A DNA stretch of 63,617 bases, filler included, from Kipferlia bialata (GCA_003568945.1; 7 parts of 7 records of this genome joined end to end with filler, not necessarily neighbours in it); one strand, 5' to 3'; positions 26,245 to 42,200 are shown, counted from the first letter of the whole stretch. Notes: generated from the letters alone by a model not told the origin. Numbers and translations are program-made.

Positions 26245-26844
26245 GTGTGGAGAGTGTGTGTATTGTGTAACCCTTCTATATCGTTAGGGTAGAGAGCAGG
26301 GGCGAGACACCAGCAATTGTGGGCGCAACCGGGGTCATATCCTACCGTAGGATTGCCTTGCGTCTACAGTGTGTCTCCACCCTGCTGAAGTGTATGCAGA
26401 CCTGTCTGTTCCACTTTTGTGTGGCCTTGTATGTCGGGTTTGTCCGGCTCAGATAGGTTCATTGTCTTGATGTTTAGTGATTGGTTGTTGTGCTCACAAC
26501 TTGTGAGAGAGGTAGTACGTGTATTAAGAATATGATTTGACTTGTCCAGAGAGACAAATCGACCATTTTGGACTGTGTTGATGTTAGACACTCTAAGCAT
26601 GTATGTATATGTGTCACAGGTATTCACCTGCCACATATCCAGTATCAATAGAGTGTATGATTGGGTCTCTGTTTGATCAATGTTGTCACGCTCTATTACA
26701 TCTTTCTAAAGACAGAACAAAATCAACATGCATCCTATCATATATCCTATCATATATCCTATCTACTCTATCTTCCCTCTATCCTGACAGAGCATATCCC
26801 AGCAATACACAAGTCTCCTATCTGTCTCTCTCTCCATGCCCCTA

Positions 26845-29800
26845 TCACTGTAGACGGCACATCCACTGGTTCCTCTCATCCCACTCCTAAGGGGTCAGAG
26901 GCACTGCACTTATGTATTCACAAATTCACTCTCATTTGCATAGAGAGAGAGAAAGAGAGAGAGAGAGAGGACCTGGGCTGCCTTTGTGCCCTGTGCCTAG
27001 GACATGACATAGACACTATAGACACTATAGACAGTATATACACTACTATACCTGTGCTGCCTTTGTGCTCTGAGCCTAGGTATGACATAGATACAGTACA
27101 TATTCTGTAGTATTATATACTAGTAGTAGCACTAATATATATATATATATATATATATATACCTGTGCTGCCTTTGTGCCCTGTGCCTTGAGCCAGTTGG
27201 TCAACACATTCCTGGGGTGAGACGTATACATTAATGTACTATTCTGAAAGTCATGAAGTATTTAACGTGCATTGATACTACTATTTATACTACAAATCAT
27301 TTCTATAAACTATATATTCACTATATGTCAACTAATTCTAATACCTGTTGCCCAGGAAGTCCTCTGCTCCCCTCTGCCTTCTGAAGGCCTCGTCAACTAG
27401 GGAGCCTGGGGGTGAGAGGTATTGGACACAAATGTCAACATAATTATAGATAGGGGAATAGTTATCGTGTCATATCCAATGAATAACAAAAGGATTCAAG
27501 ATACAAGATATTTGCTTCCACTATATACACATTATACCATTGATGGATGTGAGCATCTTGAAGTCATGGAATCTAGCATACACATATATATACGATGTGC
27601 ATAGTATATATATAATAGTATATATATAATAGTATATATAAATTAGTAAATATATACGTGTCGTACCCTTGATGGAAGTGAGCATCTTGAAGTCATGGAA
27701 CCCTGCGTCTGCTGCAAGGGCACGCAGGTTACCAGAGGGCTTGAGGTGGCCCATCACTGAGGGTGAGATATATTAGTATACACTTCATATACTATACATA
27801 TACAATATACTATACAGTAAATAGACTCGGGTTGCCAGCTGGCTTGAGGTGACCCATCACTGGGGGTGAGGTTGGGTATATATGCATATATATATTGACA
27901 CTTGGTTTACTAGAGAAGGTGACCATCATTATATATGACACTCTACACTTATACACCTATACCTGATATTGTTGTGGGATGGGTGCCAAACACAGCCAAC
28001 ACAGCCACATGATGGCCCAGTAGATAATGAGTACTATGTATATAGTACTCCATACATATATATCCCCACCTGATATGGTGGTTGGGTGTATCCCAAACAC
28101 AGCCTCCGGGAGAGAGACCAACTGCCTCATGGACTGGAGGGCTGAAGGGGTGAGATAGGGTATGCATAGAGGATAGGACACTTTATGTGATGGTGCTGAC
28201 ATAATAGCTTCCACAGTAAAATGATATTGATTCATACCCCTGCCCATCCCCTTCTGCAGTGCCCCCATCATGCCATGGATATATACATAATAATACTNNN
28301 NNNNNNNNNNNNNNNNNNNNNNNNNNNNNNNNNNNNNNNNNNNNNNNNNNNNNNNNNNNNNNNNNNNNNNNNNNNNNATATATATTATTACTATATACCT
28401 TTCCCCATCCCCTTCTGCAGTGCCCCCATCATCATGCCAGCTGCCACAAGGTTCACAGGGGTCTCGGCCTGGGGGGTAAGGTCCACTAATGAATATAAGG
28501 ACAATAATATACATACTCAATGTGTACAAGTTTGATAACTTGCGCACCTTGAGCAGGGTGTGTCCTGCATACACACACAGCGAGTGATACATACCTTACT
28601 ATAATACCCATACATTCACTATATATACTGTATCCATATGTGATACCAATCTACAAATCCTTTGCACACTGTATACATACCTTGAGCAAGGTGTGTCCTG
28701 CATACACAGCAGGTGATACATACAGTATACTATAACATACATACACTATATACACTATATTATGTACCTTGAGCAGTGTGTGTCCTGCATACACAGCGGG
28801 TGAGGCAGGGGGGGAGGACAGGATGACACGGTGGAACAGCCTGGATGTTAGATACACTATTAAATACTAATATATGTGTGTACTTGTGTGTGTATACACA
28901 GAGATAGGATGGACAGGATGACACGGTGGAACAGCCTGAATATAAGAGATAAAGATATATAGAATACAATAACAATAGTAATCGAGACAGTCGACTAGGT
29001 GGATGACTTATATACGTATCCATAAACACATCATCCCACCTAGTTGTGTACTGGTCTGTCAGCTGTCCCGTGACACCGGCCTTGGTGGCCGTGACCTGGG
29101 CGTGGGACATACAGAGAGTAACAGTGCCATGCAATTGTATGCAAGTGTATCATGTATATCCGTACCATGGCCTGTAGCACGTGCTGCACATTCTTGGCCA
29201 CACCCCTTGGCAGCTTGAGGGATTTCATCAGCACCTCCTGAGGGGTTAGAGAGAGAGATCATATATAGAGTATAGTCATATAACTCTTAGGGGTGAGACT
29301 TCATCAGCTGCCTGAGGGGTGAGGGAGGAACAGAGAGAGACAGATATAATATGGTATTGCATTGTGTTGTGCATATATATGTATATACATTTACCTGATA
29401 CAGCTGTGTGCTCTTGGGCTTGGCCAGGGGGGACCCAGGGTGGGAGCGCTTGTGGGCTCTCCAGCGCTGGGGGTAGAGGACAGGCACTGGGAGACATACA
29501 TCAACACAACGTCAGTATATGAAATGTGTTGTATTTCACGTATCTACTAGAGCATCTAATCTAATATAGTGTATACAAAATAGTATGTACTTATCTATAC
29601 CTCGTGTGACTGTGGGCTCTGGAGGTCTATGCCCAGGATGGGGTAGCACAGGGCACAGTAGAACAGGAGCTTCCTAGGGGTAAGGGGGTAGACATATATA
29701 CTACACTCCATATATACATATACACGTAGCACAGGGTACAGTAGAAGAGGAGCTTCCTAAGGGAAAGACTAGAATAGAAATACGCGCTGTGATATGTATA

Positions 29801-32800
29801 TATGGTATAGCCTTACCGATATATCATTCACTATATACAACATATTCTATACATACCTCACAGGGCTGTTGTTCCACTGGCACGGCAGGGCACACTGCTG
29901 GATAAGGGCCTGGGTCTCTGGAGGGTTAGGAACGAAACGAAGAAGGTTAATGTATGAATACACTGATGTATACTCGTCTACCTGACTGCGGGTCCCTCGG
30001 GGGGTGAGATGGGATAGATAGCAACACAAAAATAAAACCAAACACCCTAAGATACAGGTATGTCTCTATATATATACACACACACACATATATATATATA
30101 TAAATATCTACCTGGCTGCTTTGCCATCTCGTCCAGTCTGGACAGAATGCCAATGGTGCGGAGGGGCCAGGCCTGGGTGAGTAAGACCCTTCAAATACAA
30201 ACCCAAACAGATCAATGTTAATGGATATACTCTCCCATCCCTCCAGCTCTGGTCTGATTGACTGTATGTCTATCCAGTAACATGGAATAGACACATACCT
30301 ATATAATACTATACTATTATAACACTATACATAATATATATATATACCTCTAGCTCTGGTCTGATAGACTCCGCGTCTATCCAGTCCTCAGAGTTCCAAG
30401 GGGGGGTGAACACAGAGTGGAACAGCTGGGGGGTAAGAGTCATGTACAATAATAATATATTAAATATATAAGACAATTGAATAATGTATCGACACAGAGT
30501 GGAACAGCTGGGTAAGAGAGTATCATACAATTACTATATAATTAATATATATTTTACAATTGAATAATGTATCGACACAGAGTGGAACAGCTGGGGTGAG
30601 AGTATCATACGTAAGAGAATAGTAATAGTAAGCCTATATATTGAAATTTCTTAACCCTCTTCATTACTGAGAGATACATAAAGGACCCATACACATGCCT
30701 CCATCTCGTGTATGAGGTGAATGCCCCTGCCCATGCTAAGATGTATAGGTACTCAGATATTTATATATATTTATATATATATATATATCGATGGACTCTT
30801 CCCCATTGAGTAATAGACACTATAGACACTCACCTCCATCTCGTGTATGAGGTGTATGCCCCTGCCCATGCTGAGGGAGTTGGTGAGGCCACCGATCTCT
30901 AGGGGTGAGACATGGTGCTAATAATACAAAGATGCATATCTGTAGCGATCTGTAGGGGTGAGAGGGAGATTATACCATACTCTCGACGATTGCTGAATTG
31001 TGCTTGTCCTGTACCCGTACCTGACCCTATGCGTTCCCTGGCAATGATGGAGCTCAGACGTTCCTGGGGGTTAGACTATCTATATCATATATAGTATTGT
31101 ATATGTATTCACACCTTGTACACCACTGTCTGTGCTGCGTCCATGATGTCGGAGGACATATATACATATACAAATATAGATAGATAGATAGATAGGTAGT
31201 ATTGTATTTATATATGACTTGATTACCTTGTACACCGCTGTGTGTGCTGCGTCCATGATGTCTGGGGATACGGCAAAGCCATAGCGCACGGCAAACCTAT
31301 ATATGAGTCACACACTATATGTGTACATATATATGTGCATACTAAGGAATCATCGTTGAATGTCTCTCTCGACATACATATACTTACATATATTTTACTA
31401 TATATTCACACCTAATAGCCCTGAGAGCCCTGAGAGGGTCATCGTTGAATGTCTCTGTGGCTGGGAGGGGTGTGTTGATGAGGCCAGAGGCAAGGTCAGA
31501 CAGACCGTGGCCGGTCAGGTCTTCTACTTCATCTGATGTTAGAGAGTGAAATTCATAATATATATATAGGGAGAGAGAGAGAGAGGCAAGGTCAGACAGG
31601 CCATGGCCGGTTAGGTCTTCATCCTCGTCAGACATGCTAAGGACACTATTAATTACAGAATCCCACACCTGACATGATGTTGTAGAACAGGCTGTTGATG
31701 GTATCCAATGTCTACCTCTATACTTACATACACATATATATATATATATACCGTAGAACATGCTGTTGATCGCATCAAATATAGACATACACCTTCAAGT
31801 ACCTGACGTAATGATGTAGAACAGGCTCTTTGCAGTAATGGTCAAGTCCGGTATATATTTGTACACATATATAGAGAGAGAGAGATAGGGATATCCTACC
31901 TGACATGATGTTGTAGAACAGGCTGTTGATGGTCAGGTCTCTCCTCAGGGCATCCTCAAGGGGGGTGCCCTCCTTGATGGTGGGGATCCTAGAAGTGAAT
32001 TTACATATTTAGCAGGTTTGATAATAGTACAAATAAAATGAATGAAATATAAGACACTTCCAATACCTGCTGTCCGATGCGTAGTCCTCTGTCCTCAGCT
32101 GCACAAAGTCAATCTCCTCGCCAAACACACGGGCCCTGGGGTTAACGTGAAGATACGTGTATGCACACATACTCATACATGGTAGTATGAAGCATATACC
32201 TAGCTGTCTCGAGGTGTTTGGACTGGTCGGGGTTGGCCTTGATCTGGGCTATCCTGGGGTGGGTGACTGTACAAGTAACTAAGGTAGAATTACGTATATA
32301 ACAATATGAGCTATACTTATATGTAACTAAATGCATACGGGTTGGCCTTGATCTGGGCTATCCTGGGGTGAGTGATTAATTAATATACATAGAGAGTTAT
32401 ATATATATAATATAATAATTATACAAATGTTGGCCTTGATCTGGGCTATCCTGGGGTGGGTGGCTGTATATAATATATATATATATATATGAACAGGGGT
32501 GTATGACATAAATACGCGTATTCAGAGGTACATAGATGTATACCTGTGCACTGGCTCCTTGAGTGGGTGCTCTAGATGTAAACATATCCATATATACACT
32601 CCTCAATCAATACCCAGGATAGCTAGACACACATATATATACCCCATACCTGTGCACTGGCTCCTTGAGTGTGTGCTCCAGATACTCATTGACCATCTGG
32701 GCCACGGCATAGCCTGAGGGTCAGATACTACACATGAATTCATAATACTATATGTATGTGTATGCAGTGTGCATCATACCTGTTGCCCCCTCGATGGCAA

Positions 32801-32953
32801 TGTCGATGTCATGGCTGTATAACATAACAATCAATACTCACATAAATATATCAATACTTACATATAGAGATACATCTGTATATGGAAAGAATACCTGTTG
32901 CCCCCTCGATGGCAATGTCGATGTCATGGCTGTTGACACCCAGCAGCTTGTCC
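26845..32953 (-). CDS. CCA1: CCA tRNA nucleotidyltransferase (class II, PolyA_pol head domain), 5'-truncated
   Basis: Spliced exons give RDKLLGVNSHDIDIAIEG, IKANPDQSKHLETA, EIDFVQLRTEDYASDSRIP, GTPLEDALRRDLTINSLFYN, VEDLTGHGLSDL, TPLPATETFNDDPLRALRAIRFAVRYGF and IARERIG. These are the canonical eukaryotic CCA-adding enzyme motifs. Confidence 0.93.
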
Positions 32954-32986
32954 CTGGTGGGTGAGATAAATGCACATACATACAAC

Positions 32987-33040
<54 letters not shown>

Positions 33041-33235
33041 NNNNNNNNNNNNNNNNNNNNNNNNNNNNNNNNNNNNNNNNNNNNTTAATTAATTAANNNN
33101 NNNNNNNNNNNNNNNNNNNNNNNNNNNNNNNNNNNNNNNNATGAACAATATCTTTCTCTCTCGTCTGGCCATGCTCCCCCCCCCCCCCCCCCTCTCGTTA
33201 TCACCCCCTTACCCCCAGCGATTCGCTTTGCTGCA

Positions 33236-34614
33236 TGCATAGAGGCCATTGTCCTGTGTGTGGCGGTGGCTGACACATACTCACACAGGGTCAGAAAGGT
33301 ATGCAGGGACTATCCATACATCGATATAGATAGAGGCAATCCAGTGAACATGACTATTACTCAATATCCCTCATCGGTCTCATGGCTTTATCCCACTCCT
33401 CTCACCTCAGGGCATGTTGGAGCCCCCCAAGAGTACCTCTGCTGTGGCTGAGACACCTGCCCCACCCACAAAGGGAAAGGTATGTAGTGACACATCAAGT
33501 ATTACATATTGACTAGAATTGTTGGTTAGTGTATATACTAGTATCACATACCTTGCTGGCCCATGACCCTGGTGTGTATCTGGAAAGTATGTTCCAATAT
33601 GTATATATATTAATATATCACACTCCCACCCAGGGCTCCAAGGCGTCTAAGGAGCCCCCCAAGGATGTGATACCCGTGGCCAGTGGGGGACCCACACAGC
33701 AGAGCAGCCTAAAGTAGGGGGCCTAATAACTCTATATGCCAATGATTACAGTAAGGTTTAAGAATGGTACAGAGTCGTTCATCTCGTCTGACTCGCAGGG
33801 TGTGTCTTGAGTGTGCCACCGAGGCCTCTTCATATCTCGCGGTCTCAGAGGCCGGCTCTACCCCCTCCAGTGTCATGAGTGGCCTTGGGGACTGCCCCCT
33901 GACCTCTGCCTTTGGATGCACAGTGTCATGCAGTGCACTCACAATGCTGGCAGGTAGAGTATGATAGTGTATATGTACTGATCGTGATACTCACTGTGAT
34001 GGTGGGTGTCTTTGCACGTACCTCTCTCACTCCCTCCCCTCATCCCTCAGAGTGCTTGACCCGTCTATGTATAGTGTGTATATATTCTATGTATATTAAC
34101 CCCAGAGTGCCTGACCCGTGTGGATACCTCTCTGACCGGGGGGTCAGTGACAGAGCTCATAGGCATGATTGGAATGGGTGAGTGGATGCAAATATATAAT
34201 TCGTATTCATGTCCAAGTAATTGTCTATCCACTCTATGTGTATACCCACTCACCCTATCAGCCAAGACCGCTGCCTCTGCCTCGCTTCTACTTGGAGACA
34301 CATCCCTAGAGAGGTATGGAGAGAAAGTATATATGTAGACAGATGGATTGGTGTAGATAGATAGAACCCATGTATATACTCTGTATAGAGAGAGACCCTG
34401 AGGTACTCACCCCCAGGCTGACGGTTAAGTATACATATATCGACATATCCACTTACCCCCAGCCTGACAGCCGAGAGGGACAGGCGTCTAGAGCTGGAGG
34501 CAGCTGGTGACCTGGGTGCAGCTGTCACAGCAGCCGAGGGTAGCAGCAACACTAGCAGTGGCAGGGGGAGTGCAGCCAAGAGAAGGTGTGGGCACTGTAG
34601 ACTTGGTCTTAGTA

Positions 34615-34645
<31 letters not shown>

Positions 34646-37600
34646 CCCAGGGGCAGCGCCAAGTCCAAGTCCCATGCTGGTATGGCCACTCCCTCCAACA
34701 GTGATGCCCTGATTCCTGCCCTGCAGGACAGGAGGGTACTGGCTGGGATGTCACCCGTCACAAGGGTCAGAACAAGGTATGTATATGTTTGGGAGGTATA
34801 TATATGTATATTGACACTTACTCATCTAACCCTCACCCTAGGCTTGCCCTGTGCCAGTCTCTCTTCCTGGGTGCCTGTGCCTACAAGCAGACAGGGAGTG
34901 TGTATGTGGAGAAGACGGGGATAGGTACGTATGTCACATGACTCTGAATACCTCTCTCTCTCTCTCCCTCCCCTCACCCCAGCCCTTGACCAGGTCATCC
35001 AGCTTCTGTCCTCTGATATAAGTACTGTGCCCATACACTCCTCCAGGGTTGGCCTGATAGACAGAACCTGCGCCATACTGACACACTTGTGAGTGGAGTG
35101 GATATATATATATATGTTTATAGTAATAGTACGCATACCCACCTATGCGTCATATACTAATAGTGTCATCACCCCTCTAACCCCCCAGCACTGGTCTCAT
35201 GCTGTCCACCCTCAAGAGCCAGGGCGATGCATACTGCATCAGTGGCATATCTAGGCATAGTGTGGAGCTAGTGTCCTTACTCGATCGGTGCCTGAGTGAC
35301 AAGGGTGACAGGAAGGGAGACCAGGCTGGGAGGGCAGGGTTGAGAGAGAGAGAGAGGGAGGAGAGGGCGCAACCACCTGGGCACACACTTAGGTGGGTCG
35401 ATATATTTATACTTTTATAGGCATATGCCAATAGTGCATGTCCTTGCTGTTGTATCTCTTCTTACTCTCAGATGCACCAGCGATAGGAACTTCTCCCTGT
35501 ACATAGCTGTGGTGTCTCAGTGCCTGATGGAGGCCGGTAGCTACGCAAGCACAAGGTATAGGCGCATCTAGTGGGGACACTCCCCACTCACATACTCATA
35601 TGTGTATCAGGATGGGAGTCAGCGTGTGTGTGTAGCTGTACCAGAAGCATATGTGTCTACTCCAACCCCAGGGCCCTCCTCAAGCGCATCCCGGTACTGA
35701 GTGCACCCATGAGAAGTGTCCTCATCAAGTGCACACTACTGGATGCAGCATGTGTACCTGCTGCAGTGTGCATTCCAGAACTGTTCCCAGAGATGGGGTA
35801 TGTTGGTCTATACTATATATGTTTTGTCTACTCGAATATGTGACTAGTACATACCCCCTCACCCCAGCGTGGATGTGTCCACCTCCAGCTATGGATCCCA
35901 CCCTCAGAGCAGGGGTCTATCCACATCTGCATCATCCCGGTCAGTGGGCACAAACAGGTATCGGATATCCCATGTGTGTACAGTAACGGTATCAGTGTTA
36001 TCCCCAGCCAGCAGTAGAGATGAGATACTGGTACATCCCCAGTCGGCAGATGTGACACACCCCTCACTCTCTCAGGACTCGCAGACACCCGTCTCGGTCT
36101 ATATCCACCAGGCCCTCCACTCAGTCTCTCTCTGCACACACCACGTCCATTGAGACACAGGGCAGAGGGGGAGAGACAGAGAGGGCGATGCAGGACGAGC
36201 AGGAGCAGGTACTACTGATGCATGGATATATTAATGTGTTTATACAATTACTAATGCATATCACTATGTACAGTGTCAGTGCCAGGTTGAGCAGGATCAG
36301 GTACTGGTGTATAGTTATGGGCGCTATGGATATTACCATACAGTGCACTGAACCTCAGGAGCAGCGCAAGAGGGACTCTCTCTATGTCACTGCTGCCAGG
36401 CTCCTGTTCAGAAGGGCACTCGAGAAGAGGGTGAGTGTCTAGCCATATTCATATATATCCATATGCATATGTACATCTCGTCATTCAACAGTAGTTTGGT
36501 ACCCCCCTATACCCCTCTGATACTCATACTCATTATGATGCTGACTTCTAGGACGAGGCTGTGTGCCAGGCCGATCTGGACTGGGCCCTCAAGTGCATAT
36601 CACAGGCCAAGGGGCTGACACAGGAGGATAGGGCGGAACTCAAGCTGGCAAAGGTACGTATATTAGGACATAATATAGGGAAGAGTATTCTAAAACTCAT
36701 GCTTCTTGCCCTCCTCATCAGACCCCTCCTTCTAGACCCTTATTCCAGGCTGAGATTGTGTCATACAGCGTGGCAGGGAAGCCATCCACTGTGGCTCTTC
36801 TGGTGCAGGCTGCCCTTCGCCTTGTCTACCCAGAGTACTACACGCTTGTCACAGCTGCTGAGGGTGCATCCTCTATCGAAGCGACCCTCGCCTCCCTATC
36901 CTCCCCCTCTGGACTTGTTTCCATAGTCAAGGCTGTCACCCTACTACACAAGAGTGGTCTGTGCGAGGAGGCAGGTTAGTGTCAATGCCTAATGATGATT
37001 GAAGTGATTCACTTTCATTCAGTGATGGTAGCACTGCTCCCGACTATTCTAACACCAGGTGTGCGCCAGAGTGATGTTCTACCCATTGTGTGCCATGCTG
37101 TGACAAGGCTTGTCACAGTCCTTGGTCCAGAGGAGACCCCCAAGGATGCAGAGGCAGAGGCAGAGGCAGAGGCAGAGACCCCTGACACCAGTGGGAAGGG
37201 CCTTGTGGCATCCATTGAGGGCCTGCTAGGTACTTATACCTATAATGACTCTGCTATGTACTGACTGATACTGATACCAGGCTATGAGCAGACAGGGGAG
37301 GAGGACACCGGGCGTCTGTCTATCCTAGTTCCACTGGTTGATCCAGTGCTGGACTACCTGGCATCACTGGAAGCAGGTGGGTGTGTATATTAATATTAGA
37401 TAATTATGATATGTTGTAACTGATTATTATTAAATGACTGTTGTTAGAGGTCCGAGTGTCTGTGTAGGCGTACACTCCAACCCCAAGACCCCTCCCTCCA
37501 CCCTTCCCCAACCAACCCCAGGTGTCAATGACCCTACCTCTGTCGTTGCGGTGTGCCTACCCCTCCTGCGTATCCTGCAGTGCGTGTCAGTGCCCCACCC

Positions 37601-39223
37601 CTCCATAGAGAGAGACATACCCAAGTGCAGGGTGATACTAGAAGTCATTAGACACGGGAGGTGGGTCACTGTGTAATGCGGCTACATAGTGTTTATGTAT
37701 ATAGGGATGGTCTATCAACACCCTAATCTTCAGATTCGTGTCTACCTGATCTTTCTGACTAAGTCAGTATCTTTCTGATATATCTATCTATTGCTGCTAC
37801 TGACCCCAGGGAGCTGTGTGCCGATACGTCTGTCCTCATGGAAGCTGTGTGGGCATCATCCAGGGCAGCGGAGAGAGACTTCTTCCAGGTATCAGACTTA
37901 GTGTATTTTGAGCACTGAAGAGAGAGGATTCTACCACGAGTCCTGACGTCTCTCTACTTTGTATCCACTTCTACACATGTTTTTACTCCCCCTTGCCCTC
38001 ACCCTCAGGTCCGCGAGAGGCATGCTCTCCTAGAGCTGGAGGGGTCAGGGGATGACCAGAAGGATTCCAGTATAGCAGCAGGTACCGTGAGTGTCAATTG
38101 TCTTCATTCTCATGTATCAGAATATTTTGTATAATACGCATAGTGTATACTGACCCCACCAGGCAGAGAGTATGCTCTGGTCAAGGCCCTCCTAGTGCTG
38201 TGCTACGAGGCCTGTCGCACAGGAGAGTCAGGCTTTGGACAGGAGATACTCACAGTGGTGCACTCGGTCAGAGAGAACAGGTAGGGGTATATACTATGAC
38301 GTTGTTGTAAACATATACAGCCTAGTACTGGTGAGTAATTGATTGTGTTTCTGGACTCACCCCCCTCCCCTGGCTCCCCCCCCCCCTCTGACCCCAGTGA
38401 GTGTGAGACTGAGACCCTTGTTGGTGTGGCTGTAGAGGCACTGTTCCTGGATACATACATTGCAGTCAGTCAGAACAGGGCCAGAGACGCACTCCTGAGG
38501 TATTGTCACTGTTGATATATGACTCAGCTATCTCATATGTGTGTATATGCTTAGTGTGCACTCATACTCTTTATCTGTGTATATATAGTCACTAATACTC
38601 TTCATCTATGTATTTATAGTCCACTCACCCCTAGACTCAACGAGGCTCTGGCCAGGCTGCACTTTGTGTGTGAGGGTGTAGACGTGGCGTCCAACCCCTC
38701 CAGCCTGCCCCTCTCCCTCCACCTCTACCCCATGATCATATACAGTGCGGTGTCCATCCCCGTGCTCCTACAGGAGCCCAAGATACTGACCCCCCTCTAC
38801 CAGTCTGTCATGCGCATAGTCCCCAAGAGGGTGCGGCATCAGTGCTGTAATAGGACTCTTCTCATTGTATACTAGTATGTCTATGAATACGTTCTCCTTC
38901 TCTACCCTCAGGCCCCTGTGTGTTGCACCCTGGCTCTGAACACATGCCAGTACAGGGCCCTGCTGGCCAAGGTGTGTATGTGTATGTGTATATTTGTGTG
39001 TGTGTATGGGGCACTTCTCTATACTGAGGAGGTCGCTCATTAGACAATCAGACGCAGACTGTTTGCAGAAATGTATGCAGTTCTCTGTTGAGCCACTTGC
39101 TAGATGTGTGTGTTCCCGCTCCCCCTCACCCTCAGGTCTGTGTCAGTGTAACCACCGCCTATCTCAATGTGGTGTCAGTGGCCAGTACCAACAAGGAGCC
39201 AGTCACGGACACAGGTGGGTATA

Positions 39224-39258
<35 letters not shown>

Positions 39259-42200
39259 CACTCCCACTGACTCCCAGGGATGTCTGACATCCTTCCCTCC
39301 CAGAAGAGAAAGGTTGTCTCACCCGACATCCTGTACAAGCTTAGGACCTCCCTCAGCCTAGTGCAGACGCTGGACATATCGCGTAGTGTCTCCTCCCTCT
39401 GCCTCGACCCCCTCTCCCTAGTCTACACGCCGTGTATGACTACTGTCACTGGGGTAGACGCTGACAAGTTCCAGGGGGTGCAGACTAGCATCCAGAACCT
39501 GGTGGAGTTCAGCACTCTCATAGAGGCCTCGCACTCTGTGCTTGTGTCTCAGTGCCTGCCCCTTCTCTCTAGGGTGCTGCTCTGCATACCCACATACACA
39601 CCCATCCTGGGAGTGGGAGAACTGGATACAAGGTGGGGGTCTGTATATTGTCTAGTGTCATTATACATCAAACTTTGTCACTCACCCCAGGCCCATGGCC
39701 TATAGGCATGTACTGGACGCCCGGACCCTTGCACAGGTATCATTAGTATATTGTGTATGCAGAAATGCTGTTTGATTCATACTGTTTGTCTCCAACACCC
39801 AGGGCGGCTTCCACCGTTGCACTGCCGTTGAGGGCCATGGAGATAGGTTCAAGAGTGCGATGGCAGTGCTACTGTCATGCTGTGACGTCAGGTGGGTGGA
39901 ATACCAATGCATACATAGTTATATGTGGGATACATTCGTCATGACATTCTGATACCTAGAATCGGTATAGAGATGCGTCAGCGTGGCGAGTACATAGCTG
40001 CCCAGGCCCAGAACCCCATACCCTCTGCCGATACCACCTGCACCAGTCAGCTGCACTCACCCCTGGACCTGACCCTTGGAGTTGGGTCATTGGCAGGTAT
40101 ATATACATATATACCTGTGCTACATTCTAGATACTATTTCTGTATTACACATACTGACCCAGGCACCCTTGGGGCAGGTGCTGACACTGACTCTACCCTC
40201 CACAGGGAAGGTGATGCAGTGACACACTGGCTGCTGCAGACAGCCCAGCAGAGTGACAGGTGGGGGCTAGTGGCAGTGTTGGTATCAGCTGTAGTCAGTA
40301 AGAGACACGGGAGGAACATTGCACAGTGATGTCTCTCTTTTTTCGTATCAGCTCTTACTTACATATGGATCTTATCCTCAGGGAGCGTGACTACTCCTTC
40401 CCAGAGTGCCTAGACTATCTGGGTCTGGCAGAGCTGCCTCTCCTGGACACCCTCAGCCAAGAAGTGCAGGTACCATACTCTGACTCCATCTACTTTCCTT
40501 GAGTGACGTCCCAGTAACTAAGTACACCGCATTGAAGTCTGACTCCTCAGACCCGTCTAGATGCGCTGTATCCAGACAACCCCCTCAGTGCTCTGTCCCC
40601 TACAGTGACCGCTGCAGCCAAGGTATGAATGTGCATATAGTATTCATTCGATATATATTCTATATCCATATTACACTATGTACTATATACTCAATGTATA
40701 TATATATTTGTATATATATATGCTCACCCCCCAGGGCAAGGGCAAGGGTGCTCTGACCCTGCCCCCGTGTCTCTCTGGAGATGTATCACTGCACACTGCC
40801 TGTCTCACTCTGATGGGCTGTGCCAACCTCACCGCCCTTCCCTTGGACAGGGAGGCCGAACCCTCTCTCCTCGACGACTTTACCCTCCCTGACCCCCCTG
40901 CACCCCTAGAGGAGGGCCAGGAGCCAGACGTGGAGGCTGAGGCAGAGCGTGCTCAGGAGATGGTCTCTACCCTGCAGGGGTACATTGCCAACCAGATAGA
41001 GGAGGCATGCCAGTGTGCCATAGGCGGATACCCCTCCCAGGCCTATGTGGACAAGTGCGTCGAGGCCTGCCAAGTGTACATTGAGAGAGTACAGCAGGGA
41101 GAGCCTGAGGCTGGGTCCAAGGGTGGAAAGGGCAAGGGGGCGGGTCTGCTCCCAGACATTTCTGCTGGCCTTACCTCCTCACCCGCTGAGGGAGAGGGAG
41201 ATGCCACCCCATACGCCCCCTCTGAGTCTGAGTTCACACACCTGTCCAGATGCGTGTCTGAGGCTTCAGTCTCCCTGGCACTCTCTCTCGCTGTCTCAAA
41301 CGTTGCTGGATGTCTGCTGCCGCTCAGTCTCTTGATCTCAGCGTTCACAAGGTATTAGGACTTGTGTATCTCTCTTTGGTATATATAGGAGTTCTTTTCT
41401 ATTCATCACACTTGTTTCCGCTCGTCTTGTCTGCACCATACCTCTGACCTTAGGCTGCCCCCCTCCATCCATGAGCCAATAGTGAGGCCTCTTGCCGATC
41501 TATACGCAACCCTCCTCCACCTACACGAGTGCCAGACCCTGAGGGTCTACGCCTCTCACAGCTACGCAGGGTATGTATTCTCCCATGTCTCACTGTTAAG
41601 CCTGACTACCTATGAGCAGTATCCCCACAACCGTCTCTGTCTCTGTCTGACCCCAGCACCACCTCTGGCGTGTCCCCTGTCGAGCCCACCCTATTGGCAG
41701 ACCTGCAGACAGTGACTCTGTCCTGTCTAGGAGAGCCAGTCTCTGCTGCGTGCCTGTTAGAGCACGGCATCGACACTGGGAGTGAGGGTAGTGACAGGAC
41801 AACCAGACTTGACACCCACCTCAAGGCACTGCCCCTCAGTGCTGGTCTCGTGCAGTATGAGGCACCCTTAGTGCTGCAGACAGCCGACGACAGCCTACTA
41901 CCTGGTGCCGCTACTGCTTCTGAGGGTGAGGCTGGCACTGCCGTCTCTGCCCTAGTGACTGAGCTCAACACATCCACCCTCCAGACGCACTCTGCCGCTC
42001 TGGCCTCTGCGAAGACGCTCTTGGCCACGTCACTAGTAGGATGTCTAGTCACAGCCTGGCAGAGGCCCCCCACTCAAGGGGGTGTGGCCCACTTACTGGT
42101 TGGTGTACCCTTCTCAGAGTCCTTCCTCCACCTCGAGGGTGCCAAGGTCACCATGTGTGCCTGTGGGTCCAGGGAGACCCTGGCCCTATGTGCTGCATAT

